Positions 1 to 13,205 of a DNA stretch of 64,000 bases are shown piece by piece. The stretch's first letter is position 1; each line of letters begins with the position of its first letter. The DNA is from Blasia pusilla. Its lineage: Eukaryota. A program made the translations under genes and the position numbers. The DNA lies in assembly GCA_050084515.1 (NCBI GenBank), contig CM114271.1, positions 6,262,001 to 6,326,000 on the forward strand. Reading direction: 5' to 3'. Under the pieces are notes generated by a model, which had not been told where the DNA came from, did not search any database, and saw only the letters and a list, made by a program, of their open reading frames with translations.

Positions 1-1857
1 GCAAATACCATGACATAGGATGACGAGACTGCGCATGACACATGCATTTCATGTCTCAAATATGACTTTCACCTCAAGAGACTACTGCGATAAGGACAAA
101 AGATTGGTCAATTCTTAGAGCTTTCTACCTTCACCGGATATGACCACCAAGGCTAGAATTGTGAGTTATACATTGGTCAGAAATCCTAAGCAGGCAGACT
201 GTGCTTTGGCAGTTTCATCACATTCTAATTACAGACATATTCAGCCCGACTTTTTTTGGAAGATGCAAGTAGACTCCATTCAATTCCAACAGAAGTATGC
301 TTTGGAGAAGGTCCAAGTAAAACCCATATATCACTCGACTCAAACTAACAAGAATGCCCACAATCTGTCACAAGTTCGTTGATTGCATAGTGAATGTAAG
401 GGACTAACAAATCCACTGACCTCCAAGTCTCCAGTGATGCAAACCAACAAATCTGAGGAATGTCACATGTCTCTACAGGACAGTACCAAAACATCATACT
501 CCTGTTGCAGAACACCTGATACATACTTTAGCCTCAATCAGTACAAACAAAAACAACTAGATCAAACGCTACTGCTCACTCAGTTAGCTTGAGTTCAAAG
601 ATAAAGCAAGGAAAAGACCGCACCACATCAAGTGCTTAATTTCCTGACTATACGCACTGTCAAAAAGTCTGGGTAAAACGAACAAGTGGCATATACCCAA
701 TATCAATAGAATTGGAATATTGAAAGGAGTAGCAGAGATCCACTCACCAACTTCCGAAGAGGTTGGCATGGACTCGATTTCCATATCAAGAGCAAGAGGA
801 AGCCATGGCAAATCTGACAACAAAACTCATCACTTTCGGAAGCAGAAAAGTTGTCGGTTGTGACACCGCTCAACACCTACTTCTGTCTGATCAAATCTGG
901 GGCCAATTCGGGGCACAGTTTGTGTGATACAATCCTTGATTCTATGAAATGCTTAGGAGGATCCCTCTGGAAGGGATCTCAACAAACTAGCCAAAGCATG
1001 CACAACTTCGCTCCATTGGCAATCAACTGCTATCCTCTAATGAGGAAAGATGAATCCTAAGCCATGAAGTAGACAGGGTTGGATGATCATCAATAACGTG
1101 ACTAGGGATCGAACCGCACTCCTCTCACCATCAAGGCAGCTCATCCAAAAATGAGTTCAAAATTGACTTGAGAACTTGTGTGGCTAGTCACTTAATTTCA
1201 TTCTGAACATTAAAGTTACCTCATACCATATATACAAATTACAGCACCAACCCGCAACTGGTAATTGATGACTTGCTACACGAAAGAAGGGTGGCACTAC
1301 ATCACAACTCTCAAGAGTTCTACAAACCCTCTCGCGCCAACTATAGATCGTTTCCATAGCCTAGCGATGGATGGATACCTGGCCTACAGAAGCCAATGTC
1401 TTACCACTGCATCCAACCATTTCACGTTTACTTCCAGCGTTGGTTACAGCAAATGGTTTCTCCTTCCGTAGGCCTCAGATGGATGCCATATTTATACAGT
1501 AGTTCCTACAAAGTGGAGTTGCTTCGGATGCAGACAGTCGATGGGGTCTACGTGTAGAACCTTTTTGAATCACAACTTCCGAATTCACCATGAGATAACA
1601 AGTCTTGCGTGAAGAAGTCTGCAAACTCCGGGAAGTAAAACAACCCAATCGTATCAAAAAACTTTCGACCCTGTCGTGTGTGACCAACGCTCAATCACTT
1701 CCATGGAGCCTGGCAGTGGAATTGGTAGGTCTACAAGAAACACGACTACACTTCCACAAGAAAACAGCTGAGCGACACCACAAAAGCTCCCGGGAAGGAT
1801 AGAGAGTCGTCTTCCGCAAGGAGGGCCTACGTTCCATCTGTAATACACTCGAGCAGT

Positions 1858-2895
1858 TTATTTAGATGAACTGCTGACAATGTTCAGAAGCTTATTTCGC
1901 CCCTCGACAATTTCATCAAAAAGGTCATTCACGTGCCAATCGATCGTCTCGACACCACTCTGGAACTTTTGAGATGTTTGCTTTAAGGTGGAAACAGTTT
2001 GCCTAAATTTTTCCATGTCTTCTGTCCTGAGATTTGGGCCCCTCATGCCCTGTTGAATCTGCAAACGGAGTTCTGCCAACGCGGTTTCCAAGACCTCCAC
2101 TTCATTTGAGAGCATAATCGTACATTTCCTAACATTCCGGGTCTTCATGATCTCCTCCGTAACGCGTTGGTGCAGTCGGACGAGAGAACAAGACCATGTA
2201 GATCTGACAGACACAACCTCAGCGATCAAGGAAGGGATCGGCCCCGCGAAGACCATGGCGGACAGAAGTAATCGACAAGTGTAAGAGCTCGTAATTTTCA
2301 TAGCGAACAAGACGCCCCAGAATCCATTCCACTTCACGAACTTATTCTCCACATGCTTATCGGTAAGGTTGACAGTCAGTTTCCCCTCCGCTTCAATTTT
2401 ACTCTCCATCAAAAGCTTGTGCTCGTTCTCGATCCTTAACATCTCCTGCTTGCAAGCAGTGAGGGCATGCACTCCACGAGCGCCCTGATGCCTGAGACTT
2501 CCGGCTGCATCCAAGGCTCTAACAACGAGCTCCACGAGCATCTGATACTGCTCCAGGCTGGACACCCCTACCTTCAAAACATTGCAGACATCTAGAAGCT
2601 TCACAGTCTCGTCCATGTATTCATTCAGCCACTCTTCCCCTTTGGCGGACACCGGAAGCCGCAACTTCTCTATCAAGATGAGTACTCCTGAGTGGGTGGA
2701 TCTGAGGAGATCAATTCCCATCTTCACAAAAGAGAACGACAAGACATCCGTTCCCACAGCTTTCTCCAAGTTGTCCAAGCCCTTGGTGAGAGAGGAGTAG
2801 AAGTTGGCAACATCCTCATTGCAATGATTAGGGAGCTTCCCCGCGCTGGGCAACAAAACATGATGCCTGAAGGGAAAAAGCTGCACCATTTTCAT
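1858..2895 (-). CDS. BPS1: BYPASS1-like (DUF793 / BPS1-ROH1 family) protein, intronless, ~345 aa
   Basis: Intact ORF with family motifs EWLNEYMDETVKLLDVCNVLK, NGFWGVLFAMK and C-terminal VNDLFDEIVEGRNKLL. The ORF track starts at a non-ATG codon (3048); the first in-frame ATG is at 2895 (MKMVQLFPF). Confidence 0.85.
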   Translation of the reverse strand: MKMVQLFPFRHHVLLPSAGKLPNHCNEDVANFYSSLTKGLDNLEKAVGTDVLSFSFVKMGIDLLRSTHSGVLILIEKLRLPVSAKGEEWLNEYMDETVKLLDVCNVLKVGVSSLEQYQMLVELVVRALDAAGSLRHQGARGVHALTACKQEMLRIENEHKLLMESKIEAEGKLTVNLTDKHVENKFVKWNGFWGVLFAMKITSSYTCRLLLSAMVFAGPIPSLIAEVVSVRSTWSCSLVRLHQRVTEEIMKTRNVRKCTIMLSNEVEVLETALAELRLQIQQGMRGPNLRTEDMEKFRQTVSTLKQTSQKFQSGVETIDWHVNDLFDEIVEGRNKLLNIVSSSSK

Positions 2896-3795
2896 TAATC
2901 TACGTAGGACGGCAGACTCCGTTGAAATCGAACGCACGGATAAGGCAACGGAAGACCACAAAAACGGGCCGCTGTTTCGGATGGATGAAACTCTAACGCG
3001 ACCAAACACCGAAACGACCCTCTCTCGTGACGATTTCACAATCAACAATCACTAGTCCCTTTCTCGCTCCCAGCAGCCGTCCTTTCCAGTCGACACTTTT
3101 CCGCAGAGCCACGCACGAGACCTGAACACGAACCGACTTCCCGCAATCAAGAAGCGAGAGAGTTTCCATTTCTCCGCATCGTAGGCGCAGGCTCTCAATA
3201 GGACCGACTCATCCTCTAATCAGATCGCCCTCCGCTCTTCGCTCCTCAGCCCGCCGACCTAGTCCTCGCCCTCTCCTCTCCTCGCGACGAATAACCGACT
3301 CCGATTTCGACGAACCCTTCTCTCCTTCATCATCTCTCACGCCCGTTGACCACTTACGCGATTCATGAAAGTCGACAGCATCTATCGAAGTTTCCTCACG
3401 GCCATCGCCAACACGACCCCGACCCTCTGGAGCTTGACTCTATCCTGACTACGAACTGGACTGATCTGCGGAGCGTGGCGAGCTCGGCCTCTGGAATGTG
3501 TGAATGAAAGCTGTTCTCCTCCGCGAGCGAAGCAGGTCGTCGAGACGTTTTCAAAGGCGGAGTCACGAGCCCCGAAGGTGAAACCGAAGCCCTAAGGACC
3601 AGTTTTTCGGCGATGATTCGCTGGTAAATGGATAATAGTTTATGGCATGTGGCCGAATGGCGAGACGCCAGCGCATCCGCGGGTTTGCGCTGGACTGGAT
3701 GTACTTCCGGCGAATGCGTCCAGGTGCCGGACGTGAACACGGAAATGAGGCTCGCCGCTCCCCCCGAAGCTCATGTGTGTGATTACGGCCCCTTC

Positions 3796-3830
3796 TTACA
3801 CGTGTCCTCCACGCGTATTTATTAATTGCT
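3796..3830 (-). promoter_or_regulatory. Possible BPS1 promoter elements: G-box/ABRE-like ACACGTGT and an AT-rich TATA-like tract
   Basis: acacgtgt at ~3798-3805 and tttattaat at ~3817-3826, upstream of a GC/GA-rich 5'UTR-like stretch (3050-3790). Confidence 0.25.
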
Positions 3831-3973
3831 TTCTCTCGCACTAGTTTGTATTCGGGACTAATTCCGATAAGTATTCTTTGATTGTTCTATGTATGTGCGG
3901 GCTGCGTTTCTTTTGGAGCGTCGCATGAATAGGGAGGTCCCAAAGTGACTAGGAGGGGAGCTCTAAGGACCCG

Positions 3974-4360
3974 GTCGCAATAGGTTCATTCCGACCTTCG
4001 TTATTTTCTTCTAGTCGGTTCTTGATGGATGTAATAAGGTCGCAGATGTTTGCGTCCTATGTTCTAATGGCGAGAATTTTGTTTGAGTCCCATAAATCTC
4101 ATCCGTCGGATCAACCAAGATCTGGAATCGTGGGGTTGGGTCCTGGCGACGTCCTGACGACCTCGGCCGCATGGGACCCGGTCCCATGAGGTCGGATTCT
4201 TGCGCGGTCGCAATAGGGTTGTTGCGACCTTCGTAAATCCCTTGGTTATTTTCTTCTAGCCGGTTCTTGATGGATGTAATAAAGTCACAGATATTTGCGC
4301 CCTATGTTCTAATGGCGCGAATTTTTTTTAAGTCCCATGAATCTCATCCGTCGGATCAAC
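3974..4360. repeat. Imperfect direct repeat, two ~150-bp copies
   Basis: gtcgcaatagg...ttcttctag(t/c)cggttcttgatggatgtaataa...atctcatccgtcggatcaacc at ~3974-4117 and ~4207-4360; palindrome catgggacc-c-ggtcccatg lies between them (~4170-4188). Confidence 0.8.
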
Positions 4361-7300
4361 CGACGGAAGAGATTCATCGTCGAAAAAACATGATAGCTAA
4401 CAAGACGTCCTCGAGCAATAGAGTTTGTCACCTTTAAGATTGGACCGGAGAGGATCAGTAGAGCATAGGTGGTGTCATATCATAGTTGGCCGACACGTAT
4501 AGTCTTATTCTATTGATGTTGTAGGAAATCATATAGTTGTTTGGGCATAACTTTGTTTTGAATGATTGACTGAGGTTATCCACAATTCCATCGCGGCGAG
4601 GTCCATTTCCAAAAATCCTTATCTTTTGTTATTTCAAGCGAGGTCATTTATTGACCACCCAATAACCTACCTACGCAAATTATTATTTTTTGCTACTTTG
4701 GGGGAAAAAGCTCTTTTCAAATCTTTCTGAAAATATGAAATGTGGGGAGATGGCCTAGCAATCAAGCCACATTTCCCTCCGCTATGACTGAATTACGACT
4801 CTCACATTCAAGCTCCTACCAAACCCTAAAAGAATGAGTGTATACTTGGCTCAACGTAAGAAATATGGCTATTGAGAGCAATCCCCCACCTTTTATAACC
4901 TTGGAAAGGGGCCAAAATAGCTCTTCTCTATACCTTTTTGCCTAAAAATAATTAGAAAACCATAACCCGCACACACATATTATTGAGGAACTGTTGACTT
5001 TATCAATAGTTCCTTTGGCTTAAAATACCAAGACATAAGGATAGTTGGAAATGAAAATCAAAACGAAATTTTAGCCAACCTCATGCGACCACTCATGACA
5101 AAGTTATAATTGAACAAGATGTGTAGTCGTGATGTATGTATGAGGGTTTCGTTTGGTATGTGTATGGATCTATCTATGTGTTGGGAAGATTGACGATGTT
5201 TGTTATGAGGATGTAAACAATGATGTATATTGTGTCACGATGTGTATGTATACAACATTGGGGAGGTCAAACGTCAATCGTAGTAGCTCAAGAATGACCT
5301 ATTGAGGAGAAGGGTAATTTGAGTGAGCAAGATATGTCTTGATTTGGGCTCATTTGGAGTTATTTTGAGGAACTTACAATTACTAGCAAGTTCCCTATTT
5401 TGAGGTTTGTTGACTTAATTTTTCAAGAAATGACCCTTGACCTACTATCATTACATTGGAAGGCACAAGTATTGAGGTTTTTTTGTTATCCATCATGTTA
5501 CGTTTTCATGGAGATGTTGTGCTTGCATCATGTTTAGAGGAAGTCAAAGAGGAGATGGTGGACTTGCCCTTGAAACTTATGCACAGAATCTTTACAAGTA
5601 GCAGGTTCAATGCATTATCCCAGCATCTCCAATGCTCTACCAATTACAACCTAGTAGTTATGGCTTGCTAATCCAACTTGTTGAATCATTACACACCCTA
5701 GCTTTGGAATGTATCCTGCCAACGTAGGAGAATAAGATGTGGTAGTCATCCACGTCATATATATCCGCTATCATAATAATTATGTAGAGCATGAATAACG
5801 CTAGACATATCCTAAGATCTATTTTGAATATTTCACTATGTATCACTTATCCCATACCTCTACATGCCCATCAGTAGGGATGGTACAAGGACATCCCCAT
5901 GGGGTTACATCGTACTTCAAGTAGTACTTTATTGAACAACATGTCAACTCCACGAAGATGTGTTTATCAAGCACATCATACTATCAGACATGCATACATC
6001 CTTACTTGTTCAGACTTGAGATCACGTTCCCTTGTTAGGGGATCGTGTTTTGTTTGCTCAACATTGGGGTTCAATTTTAATTTTCATCATTACACCATGA
6101 CAATGGCACTCAATGTAATGAAGGTGGCTTTAGAGGTGGGATGAGAAGCAAAAGGCATGGGTGTTGGAAACATCAATACATACAAATTAAGACGTTGCTT
6201 TGTGAATGTCTATTTTATGGAGGGAGTTTGCACCAACAAAAGACTCGCGGAAAGAGTGGGTTGATTGACGACTGTTGGTGGATGCACGATCTTTGCCTTA
6301 GAAGCCAAAGGGGCTTCATGCCTTCATGAGGGAGGATAGAAGGTATTTTGACATGCCTTTGTAAGTATCTTCTCACTCTGCCGCCTTAAGAATGGAATAT
6401 TAGTTAGCTCAAATTTTACAAAACTTGATTGACTATGTGGTTTCCTTCTTCAATTTACTAGGTGTAGGAAGTTTTCTACTTCTAAGATCATGGTTGATGC
6501 ATGTTGCATGAGGACGATAGACTTAAGAGGTGATCTTAGCCAATTAGAATATCTTAGTGTCCATAGTAAGTTCCTCAAACTCCATGGTTGCACAAAAACG
6601 GACAAGTTTGGATATGTCCACGGACATGGATTGCAAAAGATGGGGCCCATACATATAGTTCATGGTGGAATGCATGGCAAGGCGGTGCATGGCAATAAAG
6701 GAGAACGAAGTGGACGTGGGAGAATGAAGAAACAAGAAAGTACGGATCACGAAGGCAAGTGGGAGGATGAGAGAGAAGGGGAAGATAGGGCCCACATGGA
6801 CAAGTCCTCCGATAGGATAGACGAACGTCCATGTACATGGACATGTTCGTGGAGATGGACTTTTTCCATATACAACCTTGCCAAACTGTAGTACTCATGT
6901 AGTCTCTTCCATTTAGTTATTTTCAGTAAAGATACTAACTCCATATTGTAAGTATGATGCATCATGACATGAGGCATCCTCATAAACTTGAGGTGGAAGA
7001 GGAGCTGTGAAGGATATATGTATTGGTGTTGATAGACTCGGATCCATATACCCCCTCGAACCAACTTGTAAGAGGAGAAGGCCCTTTAGATAATGGCTCC
7101 TATAGCAAGGGCGAGGACGTGAAGGACAAGGAGATCTACCTTAAAAAGCATGTAGCCATTCTAAGGAAAAGTAAGAGATCCTCGTAAAATAGTCTAGCCA
7201 ATGGATACAGAAGGCTTATCCGTAGTCAACATTGCCATTATTGTTAGTGGACCAACAAGTGCAACCGTAGCGATGGTTGGGACATCTCCTTGTGTTGGAC

Positions 7301-8286
7301 CTTCTACAAGACTAATGCTTCCCCATATATAACTTATAAGGCACATTAGGTGCATCCCAATGACGTGGGTAGGATCTATAATAGTAGTGTCGATGCCATC
7401 GCACAAGAATTTTTGTATAATTTTTTTCCATGTATATAACGATTTCTTCTTTTTGCATCATTTGGCTCGTGTGATGAAAATGTCAAATGTATTTGATGGA
7501 AATATTCCCAAGCATAAGCTTAAAAATGGATTTTTAAAAAACAATTGTGAGTTGTTTGCAAGTTAGACTCACATTTGGCTTGCAATGCACTCGTAAATGT
7601 TGTGAAAAACTATGACTAGAGTGCAAATTTTGAGCCGCATTAGAGTTGTGTACGACTCAATTGTGAGTCATTAAAGTTTGAGCCGCATTAGAGATCGCAA
7701 GTCGAATTCTCAAATTTACTCATAATTTGGAAGTTCAACACTCGCAAAATTACGACTGAATTGCGGATTTGGGACTCACAAAGTTGTTGTGAACCCAATA
7801 GTGACTAGTCCATATGTAAACTATAATAGGCTTATTGCATTTATTCTACAAGAAAAATATTAACACTCAAGGATTTGTCCATCTTCTAGTAACTCTCTTT
7901 TAGATTCCAAAAATTTGTAATCCACATTACAATATCCAAAACATGCATTTGCTACAACCCGGAAGGGTAACCCTCAAATATTAATGTATTCTTTTTAATA
8001 TTGGCTCTTATTTGGTTGTAGATATTATAAAATTTTAATTAATGACGAGATATTTTGGATCCGGTGTTACACTTACAATTTTTGGAGTTGGAAATGAATT
8101 TAAAAGATTTGAGGAATGGAGGGTAATTTTATTCACAACCTCTACTAGTAGCCTATAATTTCCCATATTAGATTAGATGAAACGTATTTATATTCTTACC
8201 TAGGCTAACTCTATTCAAGTGTAGAGCTTATATAATTATATTATTACATTAAATACTATAAAAAGCGTTAGCTCTAGCTAAGACGC

Positions 8287-9552
8287 TGTCGTATAGTAAA
8301 ATCAACCAGTGTGTAAACTCCTTCGTCATTAAGTGTTAGATAGAGTTTCATTAGTATTAAGTAAATTGGCTTAGAAAAAAGAGATTCTTATGTTTAAACC
8401 TCTTTATGGTGCCTCTTTTATGCGGGCCCAACTTTAGGAAAAGGAGGTAATAAATAAAAGATGACTTTATAAAAGTAAAGTAGTTGCTTTAATGAAAAGC
8501 AAAAGTAGTCTTGGTTGGTGGCTAGGTTAGTTGGGTAATTTGGAAAATATCATGTGGGTAAAGAGGATATTTTGGAAGAGATAAGAGAAATCTACTTGTG
8601 TCAAAATGTGATTGGCTAAGCCTTGAGAGGAAGCCATGTGGCACAAGATAAGATAAGCTCTATTTCGTACTCTTGTGGATCCCTTGTGAGTATATAAAGA
8701 GGAGGGACCTTCAAGGGTTCATCACCTTCTATTCCACATCTTGAGTCTCTCGTGTCTCTCTTGAGTGTATGGCTTTGGGATTGCTTGCTCTTCCAATGAG
8801 AGTGGATCACCCCTCTTGGGGAGTAACTTGATCATGGTCTATTCTTGAGAGGTTTCTAGAGTGTGGTGTGTGTGTGGGGGGATGAGAGGTTTGTCACCGA
8901 GAGGAGTTTAGTCATACTAAAATAGCGGATGTTTTGGCTTGTTACTTTCCCAATGAGAGTGGATTACCCTCTTGGGAGAATAACTCGCCAAAACCCATTC
9001 TTGAGGAGAGTAGAGAATGTCATCAAGCATGGATAGGGATGGAGCACTTAGCCGTGCCCGACTTTCCTTTCCTCAATCCTTACCATGTCAAGGTACTCTT
9101 TGTAGATAGGCACTTTGGTTCACTCGCTATTTAGTTTATCACTTTGGGAGGCGTTCATGAACCAGGTCATGCAATCTCCAACTCCGGTGATTCTTCCTAT
9201 CGTCACATATGGAAGGACATGGGATTGTACTTTGTATGTCCTTATATAACGATCCATGGATGTCAATAGGCCTGGTCAAGTAGGGTTTAACACTAGTTGT
9301 GCTATCTTCCTCGTGTACAAACGTAAAATAGTTTATAGGGATTTTATAGTTAGGAATTTCGGGGTCCGATTTTACGAAGAAGTGATCGCCTCGGCACTTC
9401 TATTTGTGATACCTGTCGTGAGAGAATGGAGAGTGTACATCATAATTTTGTATTGAAAAAGGAGAACTTATTAGAGAGTTCACCTTGCATCGACCGCATC
9501 TACCGTAGCTAGAAGGCCCGCCCTTGCTCGAAGAAAGATTCTCGACACGACA
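8287..9552 (+). mobile_element. Solo LTR of an LTR retrotransposon
   Basis: Starts TGTCGT (8287) and ends ACGACA (9552), a perfect 6-bp inverted terminus. Flanked by ACGC on both sides (8283-8286, 9553-9556). TATATAAA at ~8692; internal repeat ccaatgagagtggat...ctcttggg (~8793 and ~8950). Confidence 0.7.
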
Positions 9553-12500
9553 ACGCTCCCCATGAACGCCACTTATGAAGCTTTTATTTTATTTTGTTAA
9601 GCCTAAATTTGAATAGAAAAAGGTCTAAGAAGTCCAAAAAAAAATTTGTAATGAAAATATTTCGAAGGAATTATGAATTTATTTCATGTTAAATTTATTT
9701 ATTTTGAAAATTTTGGAAAATAAATTAAAAATTATTCTAAAAATTGAAAGAAGATAATAAATAATAATGATAAATTATTATTCTTTAAAAAGATGAAAAT
9801 AATTTTGATTTTCAAGCTTTCATTGTGAAGGATTTCTAAAAAAATTTGGATCAAAATGAATGATTTAATTTAATTTTATTCAGAGATAAGGGTCGAAAAA
9901 TAATGACGAATTATTTCTTTCCAAATAAAAATAATAAAGCTGTTAATTCTTAAATTTTAAAACTTCATGATTATTCATATATTTAAGAGGAAATTTATCT
10001 TCATTATTTACTTATGAACTCTCTAATTTCAAAATTTGAACGGGTGCACAACGTAACACTTCATGATATTCTCCTGTTGTGAAATATTTTCATTTCTATT
10101 CATCCGATAGAGTGGATCGCATGGGCATAAATTTACAGATATTCATCATTGGATGAGAATTGGATTGCAGTTAAGTTGAAACTAGTAAGGTGCCCGTGCG
10201 ATGCACAGGTGCAAGAGGGAATACGAAAGATGCAAATAGGCATGAAGGAATAAATTTTCTGATCTGATTTTTAAATATTTATTTTATCCAAATATTTCTT
10301 TATATACTACATTTCGTATATAGTCACCTTCCTTATTTGAATGTTCATCGCTTCCAATTGTAATGTGGATAGAACTTCTCTTCCCTACTCTAGATAATGC
10401 TACATACAATTGGCCATGAGAAAATACTGGAGTAGGCAAGTAAATGCCCACCTTTTGCAAAGTTTGACCTTGGGACTTATTGATAGTCATAGCAAAAGCC
10501 GATTGAATAGGGAATTGAAACCTACGTAAATCAAATGGCAAACCTGAATCTGATGTAATCAATGGGATACGTGGAACAAAAATTCGATCTCCAATATTCT
10601 TCCATGTGATAATTTCAGCATCTATGCAATGTTGCATAAATCCACGAATCACCAATCTTGTCCCGTTTGCTTGTCCATATGCTCCATTCATGTTTCGTAA
10701 CAGCATGATTGGTGCCCCAATCTTCAAACACAATCAGTGCGGAAGTCCTGAAGGCAAGCATGTGTTCAAAAATTCAATTGGATATATATGAGTCATCCCC
10801 TCGTTTGGAATAGAGTCGACGTTGAGGTAAACTTGCTCCTGTACACAAAATATAATGAGTTTGTAAGAAAAGGTAATATTAATATCCAAACTTGTAATTG
10901 AATAACTCTTTTATAAAAGTTAAAGGGATTACCTCTCCTAGAAACCGCGACATTACGCTTGCATTTATGTCATCTACATCTTGATTTCTTAGAGTCAAAA
11001 TTTCCGTATCTCTCAAGAAATCAATGTCATTGAATTCAGATGGAAAATTTTGATATATCAAATCAATAAGATCACATATCTTAATTTCAGATGATAATTG
11101 TATAAAATTTTCTCCCAAATGTGGATGCAAAGGTACACAACCCTCTCCCACTTCTAATAACCAATCAGCAAAAGCTTGTTGTTCACTACGCAAGTGACCT
11201 TCCAACCTCTGAACTCGCATGTTTGTAGTCAACTTCATGACCTTTACATTAGACCAAAGAGATGACCTCTTTATGGTGGCTTGGATGATTTACGGCCGAT
11301 CCCCATGACGAACAACAGGCAATACTTGACGAAAATCACCATCAAATACCATAAGTTTTCCACCAAATGGTAATTTTCGGTGTTCATCAGAAACAACTCC
11401 CATAATATCTTGTAAAGTTTGATTTACAGCCTCAAATGCGTGACGATGAGCCATAGGAGCTTCATCCCATATAGTAAGCATTGCATCACGGATTAAGCGC
11501 GCTCCATCACTACTAACCGACAAACTAAAGTAAGAAAAGGGGAGTAAATTAGAACTTGTGCCACCAGAATTGGAGGAAATTAAAAATTTTGCATCACCAG
11601 AATTGGCACTTATTTGCAAGTAGAGCTCTCATGAAGATTGACGGGGATTTTGAATCGCGAATGTGCAGTACGTCCTCCGTCTTACAATAGAGAAGTTATT
11701 TTCTTGATCTTGTAAATAACAATGGACTTCCAACAATGCAATATTAACCATAACATCTTCAATGGGAAGATTAGGAATTCCAATTTTCTACAAAATAGGA
11801 TGATAACCCAAAATTTGTTAGACTGTTGAATGCTCAATAGAAGATACTATTAAGAATAAAAAAAATGATGCAAGGGTATTAATGAATTCTTACCAGACGC
11901 CGTTCATATAAGAGATCTTCTACCAAGAATTGACTCCAAAGTGTTGCAGGTTGAGTAGGCGTGTTGTACGCTAGAATAATTGTAAATAGGCGATGAAGTG
12001 AAGAACCTATACGAATTGTAAAAGCTTCTTCAAAGCAAGAGAACACTTCCCTATCATCCTCAAGAAATCCCAATTGGACAAAAGCCTCCTTGAATGTTGG
12101 ACATAATATCCCATTAACAGTTCTCAAACATTCATACGTAGTTGCTCCTCGAACATGATGGAGAAGTAATCTCAACCAATGACATTCTCCTTAACCTATG
12201 AGGAATTAAACTAAATGAGTTTATCCCAACATATAGATACACTGCTTTAGAGGTGGAATATAAAAGGAATTATATACAAAGAAGTTGTGAGCATTTACCT
12301 GGATGAGTAAGGTATAAGCGACCAATGGGATGGCCACAACCATTTTGTTTTTGTACCCTACGAATCCATCTCTTGTTACTCCAACGATAATAAGAAGGAA
12401 AATCTATGTATAGATATTTTCGAGCACTGGAGTCAGATAGATTTGTTGCAAACCATTGGGTCAATGTTGTCTCTCTTTTTAGTTGCAAAATATCTCCAAG

Positions 12501-12908
12501 AGCGTCAACATCATTGAAATAGACTAATTGTTGTTCTGGAAGATGGACTGCTAGTTGTACAATACTTGGAAGTTCAGCATGTAGACTAAACTTAAAGAGA
12601 CGCCAACATGCTTCCGAAGAAGATATATATCTGGAATAATGAGTATTCCAAGTATTTGAAATTTAGAAATAAAATATAATGCATCAGAGAAGTCAATCCA
12701 TAAAATCATACCTCGCATCAAGATATGACGTTGTCTTGTCAATAACTTTGATCACATTGGATGTATCCATATCCTTTGACAACTTAAATGACACGGCATC
12801 AGATACTTTATATTTGTATAAGTACTTGATAGCAGAAACACTACTTGTAATCTCCAAATTAATGGGACAATCAAATAGGGTGCATAACATCGGATTGTAA
12901 GGTACAAC

Positions 12909-13205
12909 CCAACGATTATCCAATGAATGTTCGCTCTTAATTATCGCCCTTCCATTCTCCAATCTACAAAAATACAAGAACAATTATAATTAATCATGAA
13001 TGAATGTATTAGAAGGAATCATGAATACATATGCCTTAAAAATAAAAGGGTCCTTACCAACGATTATCCAATGAATGTTCGCTCTTAATTATCGCCCTTC
13101 CATTCTCCAATCTACAAAAATACAAGAACAATTGTAATTAATCATGAATGAATGTATTAGAAGGAATCATGAATACATATGCCTTAAAAATAAAAGGGTC
13201 CTTAC
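12909..13205. repeat. 148-bp tandem duplication (intron + 54-nt exon) inside RepHel
   Basis: ccaacgattatccaatgaatg...aataaaagggtccttac starts at 12909 and again at 13057, nearly identical. Confidence 0.95.

Noticed and set aside
1-1850. Short ORFs downstream of the BPS1-like gene
   Set aside because: No recognisable domains; probably 3'UTR or intergenic sequence.
2896-3048. 51-aa N-terminal extension of the BPS1-like ORF
   Set aside because: It begins at a non-ATG codon in the ORF track and is most likely 5'UTR; the first ATG is at 2895.
4900-7810. Possible decayed DNA transposon (Mutator/CACTA-like) with subterminal-like repeats at 7620-7800
   Set aside because: No convincing transposase motifs or paired termini could be read.
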